Assembly (NCBI GenBank): GCA_963662465.1
Contig: OY759599.1
Span: forward strand, 4,256,001-4,320,000
Direction of reading: 5' to 3'
Length of the DNA: 64,000 nt
Source of the DNA: Desulfatiglandales bacterium
GTDB taxonomy: Bacteria; Desulfobacterota; DSM-4660; Desulfatiglandales; Desulfatiglandaceae
Shown here: piece by piece, positions 40,506-49,238 of the stretch
Layout of the letters: each line of letters begins with the position of its first letter
Numbering within the stretch: position 1 is the first letter of the stretch
Notes under the pieces: model-generated
Seen by the model: only the letters and a program-made list of their open reading frames with translations
Database searches by the model: none
Told to the model about the DNA's origin: nothing
Made by a program: the position numbers and the translations under genes

Positions 40506-41509
40506 AGGCCCAAAGACCGACCATTTTAAGACGCATATGGATCATCTCAATGCTGCTGTTTTTACTCCTTGCCGCAACCATGGTTCTGGGGATCTCCCTG
40601 GGCTCTACCGGCAGCAATATCAAACAGACCTTATGGTCTCTGATGGGCATCGAAAAAGCAGACGCCATGCTGGAGACCATCATCTGGCGCATCCGCCTGC
40701 CCCGGGTATTTCTGGCAACACTGGTGGGCGCGGCCCTCTCCCTGGGGGGTCTGGTTTTTCAGGCCCTGCTTCGGAATCCCTTAGCTGAACCCTATATCCT
40801 GGGCATTTCAAGCGGATCGGGCATCGGCGCCATTATCGGCATCCTGATCGGGCTATCCCCTTTTCCCGGCGTCAGCGTCGCAGCTTTCGCCGGAAGCATG
40901 GTTACCCTGTTGCTTCTCCTGTTCATGACCTCCGGGAAAACCATGCTGAAAAAAAACATCCTTCTGCTATCGGGGGTCATGGTCAATTCTTTTTGCGCGG
41001 CGTTTATCATGTTTCTCATATCCATCACCCAGGACGACCGCCTTCATAACATCATATTCTGGCTCATGGGGGATCTGTCCATGGCGGATCTTCCACAGGT
41101 CTGGCTGCTGACCGCGGTGGTGGTTCCCTGTGCCATTCTAATTTTCTGTCTTTCAAATGCCATGAACCTTTTCCTCATGGGCAAGGAGCTAGCCCAGACC
41201 ATGGGGGTCAACACCAAAGTCATCACCGCAACCCTTCTGGTAGCCACTTCCATCATGGTCAGCGCAACGGTGGCGGCCTGCGGACCCATCGGCTTTGTGG
41301 GGCTGGTGATTCCCCATTTGCTGAGACTTGTCATGGGGCCGGACCACCGGGTGCTGGTTCCCGCCTGTCTGCTGGGAGGCGGCGCCTACGTGGTACTTTG
41401 CGATATTCTGGCCAGGACCCTGCCGGAACAGGGAGAAATGCCCGCGGGCGTCATCACCGCCATGATCGGCGCACCCCTTTTTATCATATTGCTCAAAAAA
41501 TCAGGATAA
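40502..41509 (+). CDS. FecCD/BtuC family ABC permease
   Basis: IRLPRV, RNPLAEPYILGISSG, GPIGFVGLVIPH, GVITAMIGAP. Confidence 0.9.
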   Translation: MKAQRPTILRRIWIISMLLFLLLAATMVLGISLGSTGSNIKQTLWSLMGIEKADAMLETIIWRIRLPRVFLATLVGAALSLGGLVFQALLRNPLAEPYILGISSGSGIGAIIGILIGLSPFPGVSVAAFAGSMVTLLLLLFMTSGKTMLKKNILLLSGVMVNSFCAAFIMFLISITQDDRLHNIIFWLMGDLSMADLPQVWLLTAVVVPCAILIFCLSNAMNLFLMGKELAQTMGVNTKVITATLLVATSIMVSATVAACGPIGFVGLVIPHLLRLVMGPDHRVLVPACLLGGGAYVVLCDILARTLPEQGEMPAGVITAMIGAPLFIILLKKSG

Positions 41510-42378
41510 TGAAATCATCTATTCACGCCACTTCCTTGAACGCATCATACGGAAACCGATCGGTTCTCGAGGACCTTTCCTTTTCCATTCCAAAAGGGGA
41601 ATTTTTCATTATTATCGGTCCCAATGGTTCGGGTAAAACCACCCTGCTGAAAATCATGGCCGCCCTCACGCCATTCCAGGGAGGCCGACTGGAAATTCTG
41701 GACGTCCCGATAAACCAATACTCCCGGAAATCGCTGGCGAGAATCATGGCCCTGGTGCCTCAAAGTGTTCCCGAAGATCTTCCATTCACCGTCGGAGAAC
41801 TGGTCCTCATGGCCCGAGCACCCCGCATGGGCCTGTTGGGACTGGAAGGTGAGCAGGACATTCAGATGGCTGAAGAGGCCATGACGTTCACCGGGGTTGA
41901 ATCCATGGCCGAGCGGAAAATGGGCCGGCTGAGCGGGGGTGAACGTCAACGGGCCTTTATCGCCAGAGCCATCTGCCAGGAACCGCAAATCATTCTTCTC
42001 GATGAACCCACGGCGGCCCTGGACCTGGCCCATCAGGTGCGGGTCATGGATTTGATGGAAAGGCTGAGAGTGGGAAAAAACCTCACCATTGTGATGGTAT
42101 CTCACGACATCAATCTGGCCGCCATGTACGGGAACCGCCTCATGCTCCTGAAAAAAGGACGCATTATAAAAATGGGCGCCCCGTCGGAAGTCCTCACTTT
42201 TGAGACCCTGGAAGAGGCTTACGAATGTCCGCTCCTGGTGGATAAAAGCCCCCTGGGAAATTTCCAGCGGGTGACCCTGGTGCCCGAAAAATTCATTGAT
42301 CCGGAATTACAGGCGGGCATTACGGATCAAGATGATGCCCCAGGGGCTTCGCATCCGTTCTCCCGCAGGTTGCCATAA
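41509..42378 (+). CDS. BtuD/FecE family ABC ATP-binding protein
   Basis: Start MKSSIH overlapping the permease stop; GPNGSGKT, LSGGERQR, LLDEPT, SHDINLA. Confidence 0.9.
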   Translation: MKSSIHATSLNASYGNRSVLEDLSFSIPKGEFFIIIGPNGSGKTTLLKIMAALTPFQGGRLEILDVPINQYSRKSLARIMALVPQSVPEDLPFTVGELVLMARAPRMGLLGLEGEQDIQMAEEAMTFTGVESMAERKMGRLSGGERQRAFIARAICQEPQIILLDEPTAALDLAHQVRVMDLMERLRVGKNLTIVMVSHDINLAAMYGNRLMLLKKGRIIKMGAPSEVLTFETLEEAYECPLLVDKSPLGNFQRVTLVPEKFIDPELQAGITDQDDAPGASHPFSRRLP

Positions 42379-43364
42379 ATACCCCGAACCTGCCGGCACA
42401 ACAGCTCAAACTGTTCGGGATAAAGGGACTGAGGGCCGTCGCTCAATGCCTCTTCAGGGGCATTATGAACCTCCACCATCAAGCCGTGCGCCTCCACCGC
42501 CACAGCGGCCCTGCTCAGGGGAATCACCTGATCCCGCCTTCCCGCCGCATGGCTGGGGTCAATAATGATGGGCAGATGACTTTCCCGCTGAACCACGGGG
42601 ACAGCGGAGAGATCAAGGGTATTCCGGCTGTGATTTACAAAGGTGCGAACGCCCCTTTCACACAGGACAACCTGGGAATTCCCTTCCGCAAGGATATATT
42701 CCGCCGCCATCAACCATTCATCGATGGTGGCGGCAAAGCCTCTTTTAAGGAGTATCGGCTTCTTACACAGGCCCGCCCGTCGCAGAAGGCTGAAATTCTG
42801 CATGTTCCGGGTCCCGATCTGGACCATATCCGCGTATTTCTCAACCGCATCAAAATTTTCGTAGTCCAGGACCTCGGTCACCACCGGCATTCCGGTAACA
42901 TCTCTTACCCGGGCAAGAATTTTTAATCCCTCCAGACCCAAGCCCTGAAATGAATAGGGCGAGGTCCTCGGCTTGAAGGCCCCGCCCCGAAAGATATGGG
43001 CGCCTGCTGCCTTGACCAGCGTTGCAATTTCCAGGGCCCGGGCTTCGCTCTCTATGGCACATGGCCCCGCGATAAGGGTCAGATGGCCGGTTCCGATCTT
43101 AACCCCCTTCACATTCACGATGGTATCTTCCTTTTTAAATTCCCGACTAACCAATTTGTAGGGTCTTGTGACCGGAATGGCTTCTTTAACGCCTTTCATG
43201 GCCAGAAATTTTGATCCGTCAACAGGCCCCTTGTTATTCAGGATGCCGATGGATACCCTTTCTCCTCCCGGTATGGGACGAGACGTATAACCATTTTCCG
43301 TTACGGCCGACATCACCGAATCAATCTGTTCCTTTGTTGCATCCTTGTGCATGACCAGCAGCAT
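42327..43364 (-). CDS. aroF: 3-deoxy-7-phosphoheptulonate (DAHP) synthase, class I-beta with N-terminal regulatory domain
   Basis: IAGPCAIES, GGAFKPRTSPYSFQG, QIGTRNMQN, LLKRG, DPSH, SDG. Confidence 0.93.
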   Translation of the reverse strand: MLLVMHKDATKEQIDSVMSAVTENGYTSRPIPGGERVSIGILNNKGPVDGSKFLAMKGVKEAIPVTRPYKLVSREFKKEDTIVNVKGVKIGTGHLTLIAGPCAIESEARALEIATLVKAAGAHIFRGGAFKPRTSPYSFQGLGLEGLKILARVRDVTGMPVVTEVLDYENFDAVEKYADMVQIGTRNMQNFSLLRRAGLCKKPILLKRGFAATIDEWLMAAEYILAEGNSQVVLCERGVRTFVNHSRNTLDLSAVPVVQRESHLPIIIDPSHAAGRRDQVIPLSRAAVAVEAHGLMVEVHNAPEEALSDGPQSLYPEQFELLCRQVRGIYGNLRENGCEAPGASS

Positions 43365-43416
43365 TTTCTTTTCTCCTATTCATGAGATTTACAGTGCCTG
43401 AACTCAGAGCCTGTTT

Positions 43417-43452
43417 AAAAAAAAAGGGCCGGAAGAATTTTCCCCCGACCCC
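43417..43452 (-). terminator. Second intrinsic terminator in the aroF leader
   Basis: Minus strand GGGUCGGGGGAA aa UUCUUCCGGCCC followed by U9. Confidence 0.65.
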
Positions 43453-43454
43453 TG

Positions 43455-43497
43455 AAACAAAAAAGGACCGTGGGCTCTTGAAGAGCCCACGGTCCTT
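43455..43497 (-). terminator. Attenuator terminator in the aroF leader
   Basis: Perfect 17-bp inverted repeat AAGGACCGTGGGCTCTT / AAGAGCCCACGGTCCTT running into TTTTGTTT on the minus strand. Confidence 0.85.
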
Positions 43498-43526
43498 GAA
43501 TTCTATGTTAACGGCGGTTGCCTATA

Positions 43527-43607
43527 TTAACTGGACCATACACCCCTCCCGGTGTTAAACCAGCGCCACCACCAAAAATGACGAAATATTGAATTTGAGT
43601 TTTTCAT
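43527..43607 (-). CDS. Trp/Phe-rich attenuation leader peptide MKNSNSIFRHFWWWRWFNTGRGVWSS
   Basis: Manual translation: 26 codons with TGG TGG TGG CGC TGG, immediately upstream of a terminator and aroF. Confidence 0.85.
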   Translation of the reverse strand: MKNSNSIFRHFWWWRWFNTGRGVWSS

Positions 43608-43701
43608 GCGTTATTCGACCTTTTTCTCAGCTTTGATCTTTAATTTTAGGGATTGTACTGAAAAAAAAATTGTATTGCAACGTTTTTTTTACCCCATCAC
43701 C

Positions 43702-44022
43702 TCACCGGAGCGGCGCTGGTTCAGGGGAAAACGGTGGTTTGCGAATGCGCCCATAGGCGGCAACAGGGTCTTCCCCCGCCTTCAAGGCGCCCAAATGAGT
43801 AGGTACAGGAACTCCTCTGCAATCCAGTTCATCAATGGACCGGTATCGTCCATCTGCTTCGACGCCAAAGAGCAACGCACAATCAAGAGGCGTCTCATAC
43901 AACATCAAAAGAGCGTTTCTGTATCCAAAAAGCTCGAAACTCACCGCGCACCGGTTGACCGCTGGAATCTCCGGAATGGGAAAACGAATCGAACTCAGCC
44001 TCGTAGACAACGGATAAGCCAT
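43702..44022 (-). CDS. Hypothetical protein (106 aa, possibly a gene remnant)
   Basis: MAYPLSTRLSSIRF... preceded by GAGGTG at 7 nt spacing; no recognisable motif. Confidence 0.35.
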   Translation of the reverse strand: MAYPLSTRLSSIRFPIPEIPAVNRCAVSFELFGYRNALLMLYETPLDCALLFGVEADGRYRSIDELDCRGVPVPTHLGALKAGEDPVAAYGRIRKPPFSPEPAPLR

Positions 44023-44090
44023 AAAAGCCCACCTCAAACTCCTGACCCCTGCCTCTTCTTTACACCTCGACATCTTGGCGCGAGACCTCA

Positions 44091-44250
44091 AAACAAGTTT
44101 ACAAAAATACCGCCGACTTCCGGCCTTCCTGCCCCTGTCTTCCTCTTCAGATTTGAGTTTCCGCTTGCCTCTGCGGGAGACTCTCTACTGCTTTTCCGTA
44201 CGTCCCGGATTTCCCCGTCAGACCCACCGGGACCTAAACAAGTTTACAAA
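44091..44250. repeat. 15-bp perfect direct repeat AAACAAGTTTACAAA (44091-44105 and 44236-44250)
   Basis: Both copies are preceded by GACCT(CA); 145 bp apart. Confidence 0.75.
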
Positions 44251-44575
44251 TTGGTAACGGTCCCCCATTATACTTTTTTATAATTTTATGGACGCCCCGA
44301 AAACCATGTTCAAGCAAACCGTGTCACCTGCCCGCCATTGCTACACCGGATCACCATCGGCTTTCTGTAGGCGTTGTCAGGCGGGTCCATACTAAAAAAA
44401 ATAATTTGTCTGTCCCTATTCCTCCTACTCTTATTCCAAGGTGTTCAACCGGGGTGCAAAAATAGATTTGGATAACGTACCAAAGGTGGCAACATTCCCC
44501 ATTCCAAAGCCCACTTCTTCTTATTCGCACAATTCTTATTGACAAGCTGCCCCATAATAGGTACACGGAAATCAT

Positions 44576-44889
44576 ATGGCTTTAAAAAGAAAAATCATTG
44601 ATGTTCAGTTCTATATGTCAGACCATGGGAGTATCCCGGTTAAGAAATGGCTGAAGGAATTATCTCCTGCAGATAGGAAGAATATTGGTGATGATATCCG
44701 AACGGTTGAATTTGGGTGGCCGGTTGGCATGCCGCTCGTAAGAAAACTCCATACTGATTTGTAGGAAGTCCGCTCTAATCTGGCAAACAACCGGATTTCA
44801 AGAGTCCTTTCAATGAATCGGTGATATTGCATACCTTAAGAAAAGCAGCTCATGCAGTCGGCCGAACACTGAAGCTCGAACTGGCCTAA
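44576..44889 (+). pseudogene. Disrupted type II TA operon: RelE/HigB-like (Gp49-type) toxin fused by deletion to the C-terminus of an HTH antitoxin
   Basis: ...VEFGWPVGMPLVRKLHTDL*EVRSNLANNRISRVL (TAG at a normally Trp position), then in another frame NESVILHTLRKAAHAVGRTLKLELA*. Confidence 0.8.
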
Positions 44890-44950
44890 GCGCCTGTTTA
44901 AAAATTATCCCTGCTGCGGTCGACTGCGGCTTCCGAAGGATTTATCCGCC

Positions 44951-45085
44951 TCAGGGCTCAAAACACGAACAGGCGTCAAACAAGCCTCATCAAATTCGCG
45001 CATGGTCTTTTTGTCGACCGCGCTAATCTCATGGAGTGCCTCCATGGTTTCATGGATCGCCGCAAAAGCTTCGCTTCTATATCTC
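44951..45085 (-). pseudogene. Fragment of a HigA2/YiaG-type XRE antitoxin
   Basis: Minus strand RYRSEAFAAIHETMEALHEISAVDKKTMREFDEACLTPVRVLSPE; no start codon (abuts the IS end) and no HTH portion. Confidence 0.75.
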
Positions 45086-46648
45086 TCAGAGTTCCTGGTA
45101 AATGACCTTTACACAACCTAACTGTTTGAAATCGTCATACGGGAGCCTCTCATAATTTCGTGTGCATTTCAGATTTTGGTTCGGTATAACTAGCTGAAAA
45201 CATTAGATTGTGGAAAATATTTCTTTATTGACAAATGAAAACTGAAAAATTATCTTCAGACCATGATTGTCAAAACAGCAAAAATTAGCAACCTATCCGT
45301 ATGGACCGAGCGGGATTGGAAGGAAAAAATCACTGTTACGGTTTATCATAAGTATCGTCCTGTCGTCAGTTTCGATCCTGGGAAGATAAATGATAGGAGA
45401 CTCGCTGCCGTACAACTTGTCGAGCTTGGTTATTGTAAAAACCGGGTTGCCGGTAAAATCTGTGGGTTTCACCGCAATACGGTTGGCAAACTGCTTCGCA
45501 CCAAAAGACTTTTAGGTGTTGAGGCCATATTTGAGGACAACCGTGGTCCCAAGACTCCCTGGAAATATATTGTCAGCATTCGCAAAACCATCAAGAAACT
45601 CATCCGCGAGAATCCTGACTGGACTGACCAGCAAATTGCAAATGCTGCGGAAAAGCAAACTGAAACGACTATTTCGAGAAGTGCTGTAGCTCGTATCAGA
45701 ACCGCGGACCAAGATGCAGAAACTGAAAAGCCTACAAAGCATGACTTGGAGCAACTGGCTAAAATTGCGGATAGCATTGATCTGAAGCAACACGACGAGC
45801 GACAGCTTTCTTTCAACTTTGAAGCTGATTCTAAGTTCAAAAAGAAGGTAGATGAATTTGCTGATGAGGATACACCCAAGCCACAAACCGATACAGATAA
45901 AGTATTCCTGGATTATCTTCAACAGGGACAACGCAATGTCTTTGCCGGCATGCTTCTTCACCATCTGTTTTTAGATCATATCAACTTCCCAAATGCCTTT
46001 GATTTACCTTCTTATGCCAATAATATGTATGATAATTATGAAGTGATGGAAACTGTCCTTTTCGGGTTGAACATCGGGTTGCCATCTATCGAATCCCATA
46101 AGCTGGTCAACAGTAGGGACATGGGGCTTTTGCTGGGACGAACCAGTTCCCCCGATGAGACCACTATTCGGTTGCGTTTAAAACAGATGGCCGAGTTCAA
46201 GCCCTCAGAGAGCCTGATAGATTATTTTGCAAACCTGTTTCTATCGTTGGGGTTCATCAACCCGGAGGTGTTTTTTATCGATGGGCACTTCCTTCCCTAT
46301 TATGGACTGAAAGTTCTATCCAAAGGCTACCATACCGTGAGACGAATTGTCATGAAAGGAAACGAGATTTATGTTGTCAGCGACCTTGACGGGAAGCCTT
46401 TCTTTTCAATTACCGAAGGGTGTGATATCGATTTCAGGCCGATCATCATAAGAGCAGCCGACAAGATAATCAGCCTGGATATCGACCGCCCCATTGTGGT
46501 TTTTGATCGCGGTGGTTATGGTGTTCACTTTTTCAGTCAATTATCGACAAGGGCCGACTTTATTACGTGGGCCAGGTATTTGAAAAAAGACGAATTTAAA
46601 GACTTGGAATATACGAACTGCTTGATGTTTAATGGGAAAAGGTATTTC

Positions 46649-46803
46649 GGTTCATCGCGGATTAACGTGAAATCGCGCTTTGAGATTGTTTCGGTTCGGG
46701 CTGTAGGTGCGACTTCAGTCGCACAGGGTCGGCTTAATGTGCGACTGAAGTCGCACCTACAATCGGCTCAGAAGCCAAATCTCACGCGAATCCACGATGA
46801 GCC
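46649..46803. mobile_element. 155-bp MITE with ~22-bp TIRs and 8-bp target-site duplication (ISL3-like ends)
   Basis: GGTATTTC at 46641-46648 and 46804-46811; TIRs GGTTCATCGCGGATTAACGTGA / rc GGCTCATCGTGGATTCGCGTGA. Confidence 0.88.
46703..46760. repeat. Inverted GTAG-REP doublet (REPIN-like)
   Basis: GTAGGTGCGACTTCAGTCGCAC ... GTGCGACTGAAGTCGCACCTAC (perfect 22-bp inverted pair, each internally palindromic). Confidence 0.88.
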
Positions 46804-47517
46804 GGTATTTCATTGCCGAGAAAACAAAACTGATTCGTGAATCGATTTCTACCGTTGCCAAAGAAGGCCGAACAGAGGCAACTTCGACAGAGGTGCGTAT
46901 GGTTGTTTTCAAGGAATTGGATAAAGATGGGGCAATTGGCGCTTTCTAAACAACAAACAGAGTCCAAAATAGAAGCACGAAAAGATCTTCGTCTTGAAAA
47001 AAAGCTAAACACGTTCCAGGAAGAAATAGAGAAATACGACAAAGAGCTTAACGGTTTTCAGGCAGCCTTAAAAGAAATGCCTGACAAAGTATCGATAATT
47101 GAAGTGCTGCAAAACAGACCAATGAACAAGGCAGATCTGGAGAAAAAGAAGCTCTACGACCTGATACAAATGATTGCCTTTCACTCACGCGAGCATCTGG
47201 TTGGCCTGTTCCGTTCATGTTATGATGATCCGCGGGATGTGAAACAGCTCCTGACAAAGATCACAAAACTCCCTGGTTATGTGAAATTAGTCGGGAAAAC
47301 ACTTGTTGTGCTTTTGGATTGGATAGAGGACAAAAAACATCGGAAGGCAGCAACAAGATTTTGCCATCTGATAAACACTATGTCGCCCAAATTGAGGGGT
47401 CGCATGGAGTTCGACCTTTATTTTCGTATCTCCTCAATCCCTCAAGTGGGTTATTGCTGTTAAAGCCTCGATCATCGTTTCAGGTATCCTACGCAGGGTA
47501 TCGTGTTTCGACCACAT

Positions 47518-47545
47518 GTAGGGGCAAAAAATCTTTCGCCCTAAT
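47518..47545 (+). repeat. Degenerate GTAG-type REP-like palindrome inside the IS right end
   Basis: GTAGGGGCAAAAAATCTTTCGCCCTAAT. Confidence 0.55.
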
Positions 47546-47736
47546 GCCGAAACAATGATCAAGGCCGCTGTTGAACTAAATGCACAATTTGAATTGAGAA
47601 AAAACGTCATTTACTATGATGTCTGATTTGCGGCATGTTGAACAACATTTATGAAATGCGGAAAAATGCCCTGAAGCGGGAAAAGCTTTCAGAGATCAAG
47701 GTTATCCCTGAAAGCATCCCACTGCCGAACCTTCAA

Positions 47737-48675
47737 TTAAGCGAGTTTTCCAACGGCATCCAGAATCTCCTGATAATTGGGTTCTTCACTCACCTCATTC
47801 ACCAACTGGATGTATTGTATGACCCCTTCACGGTCCACCACAAAAACAGAACGCGCCAGCAATTTCAGTTCCTTGATCCAAACGCCGTATGCATTGCCAA
47901 AAGACCTGTCGGCATAGTCGGACAGGGTGACAACCTTGTCGACCCCGGCGGCGCCGCACCATCTTTTCTGAGCAAAGGGGAGGTCCATGCTCACGGTAAT
48001 GATGGCCACATCGTCCCCCAGAGCGCCGACCTCTTCGTTAAACCTTCGAGTTTCCATATCACATACCGGCGTATCCAATGACGGCACCGAAGAAATGATG
48101 CAAACCTTCCCGCGATAAGAGGATAACGATACAGGTTCCAGATCGTTATTGACCAATACCACCTCCGGCGCCATGTCGCCGATATTAAGCTCCCGACCCT
48201 CCAATGTCAGCGGATTTCCCTTCATGGTAATCTTGCCGAAACGCTCACCCATCGCTTTTCCGTAATTCCGGCAAGCCGTTATCCCTTCCTCCGTTGGAAC
48301 CACCGGTTCCTTCAAATCCAGGGCGCCAAGCTTCAACATATCCATCTTCAACACAAATTCCATGGTCTCAAAAATCAGTTTTCCCGCCTCTCCGCTATGC
48401 AGGTAAGAACCGAAGGCCCCACCCATTTTGCCATTGAGATCGGCCTTCCTGACCAAAACAAGAAAATTCTGCATATCAGCGGTCATGTTCCTGTAAAAGG
48501 TGGGAGATCCAAAAAAGTAGCCATCATAACCTTTCAGGGTCTCAGGATCTTTTAATTCCAGGACCTTTTTAACCACCGCCTCATTGCCGCTCCGTCGAAT
48601 ACCCTCGGCAATATTTTCCGCCATTTTCCGCGTATAACCCGTCGTGCTGACATAGGCCACCAGGAATTTCTTCAT
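47737..48675 (-). CDS. Flavodoxin-thiol peroxidase (Tpx) fusion protein
   Basis: Start MKKFLVAYVSTTGYT after GGAGG; FGSPTF, GAFGSY flavodoxin motifs, then in-frame ITMKGNPLTL...SVPSLDTPVC...SMDLPFAQKRWC Tpx domain. Confidence 0.88.
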   Translation of the reverse strand: MKKFLVAYVSTTGYTRKMAENIAEGIRRSGNEAVVKKVLELKDPETLKGYDGYFFGSPTFYRNMTADMQNFLVLVRKADLNGKMGGAFGSYLHSGEAGKLIFETMEFVLKMDMLKLGALDLKEPVVPTEEGITACRNYGKAMGERFGKITMKGNPLTLEGRELNIGDMAPEVVLVNNDLEPVSLSSYRGKVCIISSVPSLDTPVCDMETRRFNEEVGALGDDVAIITVSMDLPFAQKRWCGAAGVDKVVTLSDYADRSFGNAYGVWIKELKLLARSVFVVDREGVIQYIQLVNEVSEEPNYQEILDAVGKLA

Positions 48676-48760
48676 TGCATATCCTCCATCGTTCTTTATT
48701 ATTATTGAGTCCCCCTGAAATGCAGGGGGGGGGGAGGGAATTAGTGTTTTCGGCAAAGGA

Positions 48761-49207
48761 TCAGGCTCCGAATTTTTGTCCCACGGCCTTTCCATATTCC
48801 TGACAGGCGCTTAAGCCGTCAGGTGTTGGGATGATCGCTTCTTTCAGATTAAGGGCGCCCAAACTCACCATGTCCATTTTAAAAACAAATTCCATAGTAT
48901 CAAAAACCATCTGGGCCGACTCCCCACTATGGGTGTAGGATCCAAAAGCGCCACCCATTTTACCCAGAAGATTGGCCCTTTCCGCAATAAAAAGGAAGGT
49001 CTTCATGCCGCTGGTCATATCCCGATGGTATGTTGGACAACCAAAGATATAGCCATCATACCCTGCAAGGTCCTTTGCATTCTTGATGTCTGAAACCTTT
49101 TTCAAAATCGGATCATTCCCGCTGAAACGAATGCCTTCCGCAATAAACTCAGCCATCTTCTGGGTATTTCCGGTCCGGCTTACATAGGCTACCAAATTTT
49201 TTTTCAT
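48761..49207 (-). CDS. Flavodoxin
   Basis: AYVSRTGNTQKMAEFIAEG, FGCPTY, GAFGSYTHSGES. Confidence 0.9.
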   Translation of the reverse strand: MKKNLVAYVSRTGNTQKMAEFIAEGIRFSGNDPILKKVSDIKNAKDLAGYDGYIFGCPTYHRDMTSGMKTFLFIAERANLLGKMGGAFGSYTHSGESAQMVFDTMEFVFKMDMVSLGALNLKEAIIPTPDGLSACQEYGKAVGQKFGA

Positions 49208-49238
49208 CTGTTTATTCTCCCTTTCGTTATGCTGCTAT

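Larger units (their letters stand above)
45263..47463 (+). pseudogene. Transposase pseudogene (MITE insertion plus internal deletion/frameshift)
   Basis: N-terminal HTHs, FFIDGHFLPY and VVFDRGGYG acidic motifs; removing 46649-46811 restores GKRYFIAEKTKLIRESIST...ELDKDG, then the frame breaks near 46930. Confidence 0.8.
45086..47626 (+). mobile_element. Insertion sequence (unclassified DDE, ISNCY-like) with imperfect 21-bp terminal inverted repeats
   Basis: Left TCAGAGTTCCTGGTAAATGAC versus reverse complement of right end TCAGACATCATAGTAAATGAC (17/21); encloses the transposase ORFs. Confidence 0.8.

Noticed and set aside
43606..44283. 225-aa plus-strand ORF
   Set aside because: No recognisable motifs; it overlaps the leader-peptide promoter region and a minus-strand ORF with a better RBS, so it is probably a shadow ORF.
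44762..44764. In-frame TAG as possible pyrrolysine read-through in the toxin gene
   Set aside because: The position is normally Trp (TGG to TAG is one substitution) and the gene is also broken by a downstream deletion; no pyl genes are in the window.
44891..44975. Apparent MITE bounded by CGCCTGTT / AACAGGCG
   Set aside because: The right arm is simply the T-P-V codons of the antitoxin fragment; only 8 bp match and there is no TSD.
47627..47640. Minus-strand ATG CCG CAA beyond the IS right end as the missing antitoxin start
   Set aside because: Joining the flanks is out of frame, and no RBS, TSD or upstream toxin remnant is visible.
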